This document shows positions 29,870-39,113 of a stretch of 64,000 nt of DNA, one piece after another; the first letter of the stretch is position 1, and the number at the start of each line of letters is the position of its first letter. The notes under the pieces are model-generated. The model saw nothing but the letters and a program-made list of their open reading frames with translations, searched no databases and was not told the origin of the DNA. This DNA is from Chthoniobacteraceae bacterium (GTDB lineage Bacteria > Verrucomicrobiota > Verrucomicrobiia > Chthoniobacterales > Chthoniobacteraceae), in the NCBI GenBank assembly GCA_040081625.1, contig JBEBGD010000001.1, positions 32,001 through 96,000 on the forward strand, read 5' to 3'. The position numbers and the translations under genes are program-made.

Positions 29870-30888
29870 CTGCTTACGAAATCTCTCTCGAAGAACTCCG
29901 CGCCGAGCCGCGCCGCTGGCTGGTGACTGGTTGCGCCGGCTTCATCGGCTCGCATCTCGTCGAGACGCTGCTGCGCTGCGACCAGCGCGTGAACGGGCTC
30001 GACGATTTCTCGACCGGCTCGCCGCGCAATCTCGACGACGTCCGCGCTAGCGTGAGCGCGGAGCAATGGGCGCGCTTTGAGTTCCGCGAGGGCAGCGTGG
30101 CCGACATGGGCGCGTGCCGGGAGACGACCACCTACTGCGACTTCGTGCTGCACGAGGCGGGGTTCATCTCGGTGCCGCTTTCGATCGAGGATCCGGTCGG
30201 CTGTCACAACACGAACGTATCCGGCACGCTGAATCTGCTCATCGCGGCGCGGGATAATCGCGTCCGGCGCTTCGTCTTCGCGAGTTCGAGCGCGGTGTAT
30301 GGCGACGACGCGGCGGCGGCGAAGGTCGAGGCGCAGATCGGGCGACCGCTTTCGCCGTATGGTGCGTCGAAGCTGATGGATGAAATCTACGCGCGGCAGT
30401 TTTTCGATCACTACGGGCTTGAGACCGTCGGGCTGCGTTACTTCAACGTCTTCGGGACGCGCCAGAATCCGAGTGGTGGATACGCGGCGGTGATTCCGCA
30501 GTGGATCACGAAGTGCGTGCGCGGCGAGGAATGCGTGATCAACGGCGACGGCGGCATCACGCGCGATTTTTGCCCGGTCGCGAACATCGTGCAGGCAAAT
30601 GTGCTCGCTGCCACGGCGCGCAATCGCGCTGCAGCGGGTGAGGCGTTCAACGTTGCGCTCGGCGGCTGCACGACGCTGGCGGATCTCTACGAGCTAATCT
30701 CATCGCGGGTCGCCGCGGTCACTGGTCGTCCTGCGAAGTCCGTGCGTTACGGTGCGCCGCGACCAGGAGACATCATCCACTCATCGGCCGACATCGCGCG
30801 GATTCAGACAGTGCTCGGCTTTGAACCGGCGATGGATGTGCCCGCCGGGCTCGATGAGACGGTCGCGTGGTATGCGCGCTCAGCGTAG
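29866..30888 (+). CDS. NAD-dependent nucleotide-sugar 4-epimerase (WbpP/TviC-like)
   Basis: TGCAGFIG, SVPLSIEDP, ASSSAVYG, SPYGASK, LRYFNVFG, YAAVIP. Confidence 0.92.
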   Translation: MTAYEISLEELRAEPRRWLVTGCAGFIGSHLVETLLRCDQRVNGLDDFSTGSPRNLDDVRASVSAEQWARFEFREGSVADMGACRETTTYCDFVLHEAGFISVPLSIEDPVGCHNTNVSGTLNLLIAARDNRVRRFVFASSSAVYGDDAAAAKVEAQIGRPLSPYGASKLMDEIYARQFFDHYGLETVGLRYFNVFGTRQNPSGGYAAVIPQWITKCVRGEECVINGDGGITRDFCPVANIVQANVLAATARNRAAAGEAFNVALGGCTTLADLYELISSRVAAVTGRPAKSVRYGAPRPGDIIHSSADIARIQTVLGFEPAMDVPAGLDETVAWYARSA

Positions 30889-32151
30889 GCGCGGGTTGTT
30901 CGGGCGCGAGTAGAGCGCGTGGACGACGCTGATATTTCGCATCTCGAACGCGGCTTCGCAGTATTGCAGGTAGTAGCTCCACTTGCGGATGAAGCGGTCG
31001 TCGAAGCCTTGCGCGCGGATGTCGTCGAGCTTCGCGGTGAAGGTGTCGAACCAGCGGCGCAGCGTGCGCGCGTAGTCGAGGCCGATGTCTTCGAGCTCCA
31101 CGAGCGAGAGGGTGCCTGTGCGATGGAGGGCCTGGTTCACGCGGCCGATGCTGAGCAGGAGTGAGCCGGGGAAGATGTGCTTTTGGATGAAGTCGATGCC
31201 GCGGCGAAGCTCGGCGTGGCGGCTGTCAGGCACGGTGATGTATTGCAGCGCGATGAGCGCATCGGGCTTGGTGACTTCGTGGAGCTTCGCAAAGAACGTC
31301 TCGAGATAGCGGTCGCCGAGCGCCTCCATCATCTCGATCGACACGACCTTGTCGAAGCGGCCCGTGATCTCGCGGTAGTCCTGCAGCCTCAGGTCCACGC
31401 GGTCGGCGATGCCTTCGCGCGCGAACCGCTCGCGCGCGTATTCGTATTGGCGCTGCGAGATCGTGACGGTCGTGACGCGGCAGCCGTAGTGCCGCACGGC
31501 GTGCGAGGCCATGCCACCCCAGCCGCTTCCAATCTCGAGCAGGTGATCGCCCGAGCCGAGGCGTAGCTTGCGGCAGAGCGTGTCGTATTTCGCGATCTGC
31601 GCGGCTTCGAGCGATTGATCGGGTGCGGAGAACTTCGCCGACGAGTAGGTCATCGTCGGATCGAGCCACAGGTGATAGAAGTCGTTCCCGAGGTCGTAGT
31701 GCTCGGCGATGTTCTGCCTCGCGATGCGCGGCGAATTCGGGCGCAGGAGGTGATGCACGCGGTTGGAGAACTTCAGGAGATTGAGCGCCCAGAGCCGGCG
31801 CGTCGTGCCGCTCATCGAGGGAGTATTCTCGATGTTCAGGATCGCCCACGCGATGACGCGCTCGATGCTCTCGGTCTCCCAGTCGCCATCGACGTAGCTT
31901 TCGCCGAAGCCCACGTCGCCGAAGAGCACGCAGCGCTTGAAGAACGTCGGCCTCGCGACGCGGATGTGCGCGCTGACTTCGTGGCCGGGCGTGCCGTGAT
32001 GGAGCGTGGTGCCGTCGGGCAGTTCCATCCGCAGGTAGCCCTCGTGCATCTGCGCGAAGACTTCGAGGATGAGCCGTTGGTAGAAGGTCGGTCGCGGGCG
32101 GACGCCGTCTCCTGCGAGCAGTTGGGCAATGGTCAGCGTGGTCTCATTCAT
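30880..32151 (-). CDS. cfa: Cyclopropane-fatty-acyl-phospholipid synthase family SAM methyltransferase (UfaM-like)
   Basis: NIAEHYDLGNDFY, MTYSSA, LEIGSGWG, SIEMMEA, FIQKHIFPG, WSYYLQYCEAAF. Confidence 0.93.
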   Translation of the reverse strand: MNETTLTIAQLLAGDGVRPRPTFYQRLILEVFAQMHEGYLRMELPDGTTLHHGTPGHEVSAHIRVARPTFFKRCVLFGDVGFGESYVDGDWETESIERVIAWAILNIENTPSMSGTTRRLWALNLLKFSNRVHHLLRPNSPRIARQNIAEHYDLGNDFYHLWLDPTMTYSSAKFSAPDQSLEAAQIAKYDTLCRKLRLGSGDHLLEIGSGWGGMASHAVRHYGCRVTTVTISQRQYEYARERFAREGIADRVDLRLQDYREITGRFDKVVSIEMMEALGDRYLETFFAKLHEVTKPDALIALQYITVPDSRHAELRRGIDFIQKHIFPGSLLLSIGRVNQALHRTGTLSLVELEDIGLDYARTLRRWFDTFTAKLDDIRAQGFDDRFIRKWSYYLQYCEAAFEMRNISVVHALYSRPNNPRLR

Positions 32152-32947
32152 GGGCGTTTAGCGATTTGTGCGGGTGGAAAACGTCGCGCTGCAGATGCGC
32201 GTTGGCGGCCTTGCGATGCCACGGCAGGCGCTTGAGCCAAAGTCGAAACGCGTGCCAGTGGATGAGCGCGATGACGCGCAGCGTGATGAGCGGATACTTG
32301 AGCGTGAACCACGCGAGCTGAGCGCTGGTGAGCGGCGCGCGCGTGCCGGTGAGCGCGGTGACGAGCACGCGGCGATCTCCGGCGCGGTCGTCGATGTGAA
32401 TGTCGAGTGCCTCGCCGGGACGCTTGAGCTTGAAGTCGAACGCGAGATCGAGGTCGGCGAAGGGCGAGACGTAGAAGTGCTTCGGCGTGATGAGGCGAAA
32501 CGCGCCGTCCGCGCCGGGCTCGCGGAGTAGATATGGCTTCAGTTCGCGGAAGGTGTTGCCGACTTGCACGACGGCGCACAGCGGAGTGCCGGCGGTGTCT
32601 TCGCAGAAGTAGAAGGAGACGGGATTGAAGATGTAGCCGAGCACGCGCGGGAGCGTGATGAGCGTGATGCGCACGTCGGCAGGAAGCGCGACGCCTTGCT
32701 GCGCGACCCAGGCGACGACGTGCTCCTTCACGGTGCCGCGGTCGCCGAGTTCGGGGAGCGTGAGGTGGTCGCGGTCGCGGAATTCGTAGATGCTGCGGTG
32801 ATTGCGCGCGAAGCCGAACGTGTGCTTCGCGACTGCGTCGATCTCGTCGAGGTCGAGCGCGAACATGAAGATGCGGTAGCGGAATTGATGCTCCTTCGGC
32901 TCGAGGCGATGGTGCATGACGCTGCACTCGTAGAGGCAGGAGTTCAT
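32144..32947 (-). CDS. DUF1365 family protein (UfaO-like)
   Basis: LYECSVMHHR, PRVLGYIFNPVSFYFC, NTF, KHFYVSPF, IHWHAFRLWLK; start at ATG 32947. Confidence 0.92.
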   Translation of the reverse strand: MNSCLYECSVMHHRLEPKEHQFRYRIFMFALDLDEIDAVAKHTFGFARNHRSIYEFRDRDHLTLPELGDRGTVKEHVVAWVAQQGVALPADVRITLITLPRVLGYIFNPVSFYFCEDTAGTPLCAVVQVGNTFRELKPYLLREPGADGAFRLITPKHFYVSPFADLDLAFDFKLKRPGEALDIHIDDRAGDRRVLVTALTGTRAPLTSAQLAWFTLKYPLITLRVIALIHWHAFRLWLKRLPWHRKAANAHLQRDVFHPHKSLNAHE

Positions 32948-34200
32948 GATGCCCAGATTGGTTCGCCCGTGATCGAGCGCGCGCAGTCGAGCGCGCTGGT
33001 GAAGCCGTCCTCGTGGAAGCCGTAGCGGAACCATGCGCCGGCGAAGTGCGTCGTGTCGGTGTTCAACGCCGGCAGTTCCCGCTGTGCGCGGATGGCGCCG
33101 CGGGTGAAGAGCGGGTGCTCGTATTCGATCCGGCGCAGCACTTTCTCCGGCGCGATGCGGTCGTGGCTGTTGAGCGATACGAAGTAATCCACGCGATCAC
33201 TTACGCCTTGCAGGCAGTTCATCCAGTAGTGCGTCTGCGGCGCGCCGTCGGTGTCTATGCGGTAGTTCCAGCTCGCCCAGCAGCGGCGCGTTGCGGGCAT
33301 CACGCTCGTGTCGGTGTGGACGGTCGCGGTGTTTGGCTGGTAGCGGAATTCACGCAGCAGCCGCGCCTCGTCCGCAGTCGGCGAGTCGAGCAGCGCGAGC
33401 GCCTGGTCGCCGTGGCAGGCGAGGATCACCTGGTCGAACTCGCTCACGCCGCCGCTCGCATCATGCACCTGCACCTTGCCGCCGTCGCGCGTCACGCGGG
33501 TCGCCGCGCAGCCGGTGCGGATGCGCTCGCGGAATGGAACGATCATCTTTGCCACGTAACTGCGCGCGCCGCCGCAGACGGTCCACCACTGGTGCTGCGT
33601 GTCGAGGCCGAGGAAGCCGTGGTTGTGCCAGAACCGCAGCAGCGTCGTCGCGGGGAAGGCGTCCATCTTTTCCGGCGGCGTGCTCCAGACCGCGCTGCTC
33701 ATGGGCACGAGGTAGAAGTCGAACATGTCGTCGCCATAGCCGCGCGCGGTCACGTATTCGCGCAGGCTCATGTCGGCGAAGCGCGGGTCGTCGAGCGCGG
33801 GCACGGCTTCGCGGTTGAAGCGCGCGATGGCGGCGAGCATCCGCCAGTGGCGCGGGCGGAGCAGATTGCGGCGCTGGCCAAAGAGCAGGTTCAGGCTGCC
33901 GCCGTTGTATTCGAGGCCGGTCGGCGCGTGCTGCACGGAGAAGCTCATCGCGGTCTTCTTCGTCCCGACGCCGAGCTCGCGGAAGAGCCGGCAGAGATTC
34001 GGATACGTCGCGTGATTGAAGACCATGAAGCCCGTGTCGATCGGCACCTCGCGACCGTCCTCGCTCACGACGATCGTGTTCGTGTGGCCGCCGATGTGCG
34101 CGGCCTGCTCGTAGATCGTGAGGTCGAAGCGCTCGTGGAGAAAATACGCGCATCCGAGTCCCGCGATTCCGGTGCCGATGATGGCGAGGCGCTTCTGCAT
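32944..34200 (-). CDS. FAD-dependent oxidoreductase, amine-oxidase family (UfaD-like)
   Basis: IIGTGIAG, GGHTNT, IDTGFMVFN, YPN, AVWS, WASWNY, YWMN, YEHP, GAWFRYGFHEDG; start at ATG 34200. Confidence 0.92.
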   Translation of the reverse strand: MQKRLAIIGTGIAGLGCAYFLHERFDLTIYEQAAHIGGHTNTIVVSEDGREVPIDTGFMVFNHATYPNLCRLFRELGVGTKKTAMSFSVQHAPTGLEYNGGSLNLLFGQRRNLLRPRHWRMLAAIARFNREAVPALDDPRFADMSLREYVTARGYGDDMFDFYLVPMSSAVWSTPPEKMDAFPATTLLRFWHNHGFLGLDTQHQWWTVCGGARSYVAKMIVPFRERIRTGCAATRVTRDGGKVQVHDASGGVSEFDQVILACHGDQALALLDSPTADEARLLREFRYQPNTATVHTDTSVMPATRRCWASWNYRIDTDGAPQTHYWMNCLQGVSDRVDYFVSLNSHDRIAPEKVLRRIEYEHPLFTRGAIRAQRELPALNTDTTHFAGAWFRYGFHEDGFTSALDCARSITGEPIWAS

Positions 34201-34267
34201 GGGCGCGTATGAACGACCATAGAGGCGGGATTGACAAGTCCGGTGCAACACGCGGCAATGCGCCCCG

Positions 34268-35185
34268 ATGAAATATCTCCTCTCCCTCACGGCGCTCCTG
34301 CTCGCCGCCGCTCCGCTCCGTGCCGCCGGCTACCCCGACGAGCTGAAGACGAACGGCTTCGTCCTCGGCTGCCAGGCTTACACGTTCAATCGCTTCACCG
34401 TCTTCGAGGCGATCGAGAAGACGGCCTACGCCGGCGGGAAGGTGATCGAGTTTTACCCCGGCCAGCGGCTATCGCCCGCGGAGCCGACTCTCACTTTCGG
34501 CCACGAGCCGGGGCGCGTGAAAGCTGGCGCAGAGGCCAAGCCGCGCCCGGCGACTGAGCCGCTCGGCGCCGACGAGGCGAAGGCCGTGTGGGACAAGGTG
34601 CTCGCGAAGTGCAAGCAGCACGGCATCACGCCCGTCGCGTATGGCGTGGTCGGCATCCCGACCGATGAGGCGCCGGCGCGGAAGATTTTCGAGTTCGCGA
34701 AGACGATGGGCATCCGCGTGATCAATACGGAGTCGGACAAGTCGATCGATATGATCGAGAAGCTGGTGAAGGAGTTCGACATCAAGGTCGGCTTTCACGA
34801 CCATCCGAAGCGGCCGAACGATGAGAGCTACCGGATGTGGGATCCGAATTACATCGTGGAGCTGACCAAGGGCCGCGATGCGCGGATCGGCTCGTGCGCG
34901 GACATCGGCCACTGGGTGCGCAGCGGGCTGAAGCCGGTCGATTGCGTGAAGATCCTCAAGGGCCGGATCGTGAGCGCGCACATCAAGGACCTCGACAAGC
35001 CGCTGCCGAGCGGCAAGGACGTGCATTGGGGCCAGGGCGTGAGCGGCGTGCCTGCGGTGCTCGATGAGTTCCGCGCGCAGGGCTTCGAGGGACCGCTGTC
35101 GGTCGAATACGAGACCAACTGGGAGACCAACGCCGAGGACGCGAAGGCGTGCATCGCGTTCGTCGCTGGCTACAAGAAGAAGTAG
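34268..35185 (+). CDS. Secreted sugar phosphate isomerase/epimerase (AP endonuclease 2 TIM barrel) family protein
   Basis: Signal peptide; GCQAYTF; GFHDHP; DIGHW; HIKD; SVEYE. Confidence 0.88.
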   Translation: MKYLLSLTALLLAAAPLRAAGYPDELKTNGFVLGCQAYTFNRFTVFEAIEKTAYAGGKVIEFYPGQRLSPAEPTLTFGHEPGRVKAGAEAKPRPATEPLGADEAKAVWDKVLAKCKQHGITPVAYGVVGIPTDEAPARKIFEFAKTMGIRVINTESDKSIDMIEKLVKEFDIKVGFHDHPKRPNDESYRMWDPNYIVELTKGRDARIGSCADIGHWVRSGLKPVDCVKILKGRIVSAHIKDLDKPLPSGKDVHWGQGVSGVPAVLDEFRAQGFEGPLSVEYETNWETNAEDAKACIAFVAGYKKK

Positions 35186-35188
35186 CGT

Positions 35189-36604
35189 TTGATCCGCGTC
35201 GTCGCTTCCACCCTGTTTGCGCTCTGCGCCGCTGTCGCCGCGCAGCCGCAATGGCCGCAGTTCCGCGGGCCCGGCGGCGCGGGCGTCGCCGTGCCGAGCG
35301 ATCCGCCGGTGCGCTTCGGGCCGGAGACGGGGGTGGTGTGGAAGGTCGCGCTGCCTTCGGGACATTCGTCGCCGTGCATTTGGGGCGATCGCATTTTCCT
35401 CACGGCCTACGACGGCACGAAGCTCGAGACGCTCTGCCTGCGGCGGAGCGATGGCACGGTGCTGTGGCGGCAAGTGGCGCCGGGCGAGAGCATCGAGCCG
35501 ACGCACCGGATCGGCAGCCCGGCCTCGCCGACGGCGGCGACGGATGGCGAGCGCGTGTTCGTGTATTTCGGATCGTTCGGGCTGCTCGCTTACGACTTCG
35601 ATGGGAAGGAGCAGTGGCGCATTCCGCTGCCGCAGCCGGTCGTGGAGTTCGGCGCGTCGGCGTCGCCGGTGATCGCGGACGGGCGGGTGTTTCTCGTGTG
35701 CGACCAGGACGAAGGTTCGTTCATGCTCGCGGTCGATGCGCGCTCGGGGCGCACGCTGTGGCGCAAGGAGCGGCCCGAGTTTCGCCGCAGCTTTGCGACG
35801 CCTTTCATCTGGCGGCACGATGGGGCGGAGGAGTTGATCGTGCCCGGCTCGATCTGGCTGAAGTCCTACAACCCGAGCGACGGCGGCGAGCTGTGGACCT
35901 TCAGCGGCACGTCGCGCGTGGCGAACAGCTCGGCGGTCGCGGGCGATGGGCTGCTTTTCAGCGCGAGCTGGAATGTGGGCGGCGACGCGGACAGCCGCGT
36001 GACGATGGAGCCGTTCGAGGATTTCATGCGCGGCATCGGCAAACCCGCCGACGCGCTGCTCGCGAGGGACGACATGCCGGCCAGCCCGGTGCGCGACCGC
36101 TATTCGCAGATCGACCTGGACAAGAACGGCAAAGTGACGCGCGAGGAGTGGGAGGGGATGCGCTCGATGTTCGCCCGCGCGGGTAATGCCGCGCTCGCGC
36201 TGCGGCCCGGTGGACGCGACGAGATCAGCGCGACGCACCTCGCGTGGAAATCCACGCGCAGCCTGCCCTACGTCGCGTCGCCGCTCTACTTCGACGGGCG
36301 GCTCTATACGATCAAGAACGGCGGCCTCGCCTCGTGCTACCGGGCGAAGACGGGCGAGCCGCTCTATCAGGATCATCGCCTCGATGCGCCGGGCGATTAT
36401 TACGCGTCGCCGATCGCGGGCGGCGGGCGCATCTACCTCGCTTCGCAGAATGGCGTGATGCTCGTGCTCGCCGCGGGCGATGCGCCGACGGTGCTCGCGC
36501 GCGCGGAGTTCGGCGAGAAGATCATGGCCACGCCGGCCATCGTCGGCGACACGCTCTACGTGCGCACCGCGGGTCATCTCTACGCTTTGCGCGAAGCGCG
36601 CTAG
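35189..36604 (+). CDS. PQQ-binding-like beta-propeller protein with EF-hand insertion
   Basis: WPQFRGP, GHSSP, TDGERVFVYFGSFG, FATP, YVASP, YYASP; DLDKNGKVTREE; TTG start. Confidence 0.88.
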   Translation: MIRVVASTLFALCAAVAAQPQWPQFRGPGGAGVAVPSDPPVRFGPETGVVWKVALPSGHSSPCIWGDRIFLTAYDGTKLETLCLRRSDGTVLWRQVAPGESIEPTHRIGSPASPTAATDGERVFVYFGSFGLLAYDFDGKEQWRIPLPQPVVEFGASASPVIADGRVFLVCDQDEGSFMLAVDARSGRTLWRKERPEFRRSFATPFIWRHDGAEELIVPGSIWLKSYNPSDGGELWTFSGTSRVANSSAVAGDGLLFSASWNVGGDADSRVTMEPFEDFMRGIGKPADALLARDDMPASPVRDRYSQIDLDKNGKVTREEWEGMRSMFARAGNAALALRPGGRDEISATHLAWKSTRSLPYVASPLYFDGRLYTIKNGGLASCYRAKTGEPLYQDHRLDAPGDYYASPIAGGGRIYLASQNGVMLVLAAGDAPTVLARAEFGEKIMATPAIVGDTLYVRTAGHLYALREAR

Positions 36605-36622
36605 CCCCTACTCTCCGCCGCG

Positions 36623-38011
36623 ATGAGCACTTCGGAATTCCCAACGCCATGGCAGCGCAAGACGCTGTGGAGCGCCGCGGCTGCGCTTGCAGTCGTGCTC
36701 ATCGGCGCGATCGGCGTGGGGCTCGTGTGGCTGATCTCGCACGTGCTCGGCTTCCTCCAGCCCATCCTCATCCCATTCGCGGTCGCGGGCGTGCTCGCGT
36801 ATTTGTTCGATCCGGTCGTCGGGCGCATTCAGCGCTGGGGCACTTCGCGGCGGCGCGCGGTTGCCGCGGTGTTTGCGGTCGTCACGCTCGGGTTCATCGG
36901 CATCGCGCTGTGGATCGTGCCCGCCATTTCCTCGCAGACCGGGCGGCTGATCCGGCGCGTGCCCGTCTATGCCGAGCGGGTGAAGACGCTCACGCTCGAG
37001 TTTGCGCATCAGGTCCAGGAGCGGACGGGTTTCGAGATCTTCCCCGAGCTGCCGCCGTCGCCGGAGCCGCCGAAGGATCTGCCGCGCCAGCTCAAGGAAG
37101 TGCCGCCGCCCGGCGCACCCGTCGAGCCGATCGAGAAGGTGGAGCCCGGGCCCCTCATCGCGATCCCGCCGGTGGAGATCGCAAAGGTCGCCAGCGCGGA
37201 CATGGACTGGCAGCAGTTCGTCTCCGGCAAATGGGTGCAGACCACGCTGCCCGCGCTGCTCGCGAAGCTCTGGCACTTCATCACATCGAGCGTCGGCGGC
37301 TTCCTCGGCGTCTTCGGCTTCCTGCTCTCGATGGTCATCGTGCCGGTCTATCTCTGGTATCTGCTCGTCGAGAGCCCGAAGATCGCCACGAGCTGGGGCG
37401 ACTACGTGCCGCTGACCAAAAGCGCCTTCAAGGACGAGGTCGTCGGCACCATCGGCGAGATCAACGGCTACCTCATCGCCTTCTTCCGCGGCCAGCTCCT
37501 CGTCTCGCTCGTCAACGGCACCGCCACCGGCATCGGCCTCATGATCATCGGGCTCGACTTCGGTCTGCTCATCGGGCTGCTGCTTTGTGTGATGGGGCTC
37601 ATCCCCTACCTCGGCATCGCGCTGTGCTGGATCCCCGCCGTCATCATCGCGAGCGTGCAGCAGGGCGGCACTTGGCTGCCCACCGACCACTGGTGGGTTT
37701 TCCCGCTCGTCGTCAGCGGCATCTTCGCCATCGTGCAGCAGCTCGACGCCCTCTTCCTCACCCCGAAGATCGTCGGTGAAAGCGTCGGCCTTCACCCGAT
37801 GACGGTCATCTTCTCGGTCTTCTCATGGTCGCTGCTCATGGGCGGCCTGCTCGGCGCCATCCTCGCCGTGCCGATGACGGCCACGCTCAAGGTGCTCCTT
37901 CGCCGCTACATTTGGGAAAAGCGCATCCTCGCCGAGCAGCGCAGCGCTTCCGGGGAAGGCGGGACTTCGCCGCCTGCGGAAGAGCCAGGCCAGGTTATCG
38001 TCACCCCATGA
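36623..38011 (+). CDS. AI-2E family transporter
   Basis: LAYLFDPVV, FFRGQLLV, IPYLG, PKIVGESVGLHP, GAILAVP; Pro-rich insertion. Confidence 0.92.
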   Translation: MSTSEFPTPWQRKTLWSAAAALAVVLIGAIGVGLVWLISHVLGFLQPILIPFAVAGVLAYLFDPVVGRIQRWGTSRRRAVAAVFAVVTLGFIGIALWIVPAISSQTGRLIRRVPVYAERVKTLTLEFAHQVQERTGFEIFPELPPSPEPPKDLPRQLKEVPPPGAPVEPIEKVEPGPLIAIPPVEIAKVASADMDWQQFVSGKWVQTTLPALLAKLWHFITSSVGGFLGVFGFLLSMVIVPVYLWYLLVESPKIATSWGDYVPLTKSAFKDEVVGTIGEINGYLIAFFRGQLLVSLVNGTATGIGLMIIGLDFGLLIGLLLCVMGLIPYLGIALCWIPAVIIASVQQGGTWLPTDHWWVFPLVVSGIFAIVQQLDALFLTPKIVGESVGLHPMTVIFSVFSWSLLMGGLLGAILAVPMTATLKVLLRRYIWEKRILAEQRSASGEGGTSPPAEEPGQVIVTP

Positions 38012-38400
38012 ATCCCGAACTTCCCAAGCCCGCCGGCTCCCGACGCGAGATGCTCGTCAGCCTCGTGTGCGGCCTCGCCGTGCTCGGCTTCGTCATTTAC
38101 GGCATCATGCACATGGGCGGTCAGCAGGAGATCTCGAGCACGAACACGCTCACCGGCAAAGTCGTCGGTCGCAAATTCACCCCGCAGAAGGAAGAGCAAC
38201 TCACCATCGGTCGTGGCGGATTAAAGGGCGCGCAACTCGCCGGCGAATACGTCTTCACCGTCCGGGTCGATAGCGAAGACCGCACGTTCGAGGTTCCCGT
38301 CGATGCCGCCACCTACGAAGCCGTGCGCGACGGAGCCAACTTCACCTTCATGCGCCCGCGCAGCGAGCAGGAGAAAGTTTACCCGACGCCCGCGCCCTGA
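38008..38400 (+). CDS. Hypothetical single-TM protein
   Basis: ATGA-coupled to the AI-2E gene; N-terminal TM (MLVSLVCGLAVLGFVIYGIM) followed by a beta-rich domain. Confidence 0.7.
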   Translation: MNPELPKPAGSRREMLVSLVCGLAVLGFVIYGIMHMGGQQEISSTNTLTGKVVGRKFTPQKEEQLTIGRGGLKGAQLAGEYVFTVRVDSEDRTFEVPVDAATYEAVRDGANFTFMRPRSEQEKVYPTPAP

Positions 38401-38433
38401 TCCGGCTTCAGTGCGGAAAGCGCACGATCGGCT

Positions 38434-38682
38434 TTACGTCCGGCCGATGATCCAGAGCGCCGCGCACGGGGCGACGTTGAACAGAAGAATGCCGATCTTG
38501 TAGATCGCCATCCGCCCATAGTGGATCGTGTCGAACTGCTCCGGCGAGATCCGGAACCACCGGCTGTGAAGCCGATACATCCACTCGCGCCCGAGCGTGA
38601 AGGCCGCGAACCAGACCAGCAACGCGCCGAAATTCACCACGGCGCACCAGAGGAAGAAGTCCCGAAGCAGGGCTGTATTCAT
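38434..38682 (-). CDS. Small membrane protein (DUF6868-like)
   Basis: FFLWCAVVNFG...WMYRLHSRWF...FDTIHYG.MAIYKIGILLFNVAP pattern recalled for this family. Confidence 0.7.
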   Translation of the reverse strand: MNTALLRDFFLWCAVVNFGALLVWFAAFTLGREWMYRLHSRWFRISPEQFDTIHYGRMAIYKIGILLFNVAPCAALWIIGRT

Positions 38683-38747
38683 AAGTGGAGCCTCCGCCCG
38701 TCCGCGTTCCGAGTCCAACGCTCACGCGGCCCAGCGTCGCCTCCGGC

Positions 38748-39113
38748 CTACGCCGAGAAACTCTCGCCGCACGAGCAGTGCGCGGCCGCGTGCGGATTGG
38801 TCACCTTGAAGCCGCCCTTCTGCAGATCGTCGCTGAAATCCAGTTCGCTGCCGCTCACGAAAAGCGCGCTCTTCGGGTCGATCACCACGCGCACGCCATT
38901 GCTCTCGATGAGGATGTCCCGATTCGCCGGGCCATCCACGAGATCCATCTTATATTGCAGCCCCGAGCAACCTCCGCCGATCACCGCCACGCGCAGCGCG
39001 CCCTGCGGTCGCCCCTGCCGCGTGAGCAGCGAGGAGAGCTTCGCGCCGGCTTTCTCCGAGAGCTTCAGCAGCTTCTCGTTGCCGATCTTGATGGTGGGTG
39101 CGGCGGTCGTCAT
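38748..39113 (-). CDS. Iron-sulfur cluster assembly accessory protein (HesB/IscA/ErpA A-type carrier)
   Basis: LRVAVIGGGCSGLQY; CSCGESF. Confidence 0.93.
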   Translation of the reverse strand: MTTAAPTIKIGNEKLLKLSEKAGAKLSSLLTRQGRPQGALRVAVIGGGCSGLQYKMDLVDGPANRDILIESNGVRVVIDPKSALFVSGSELDFSDDLQKGGFKVTNPHAAAHCSCGESFSA

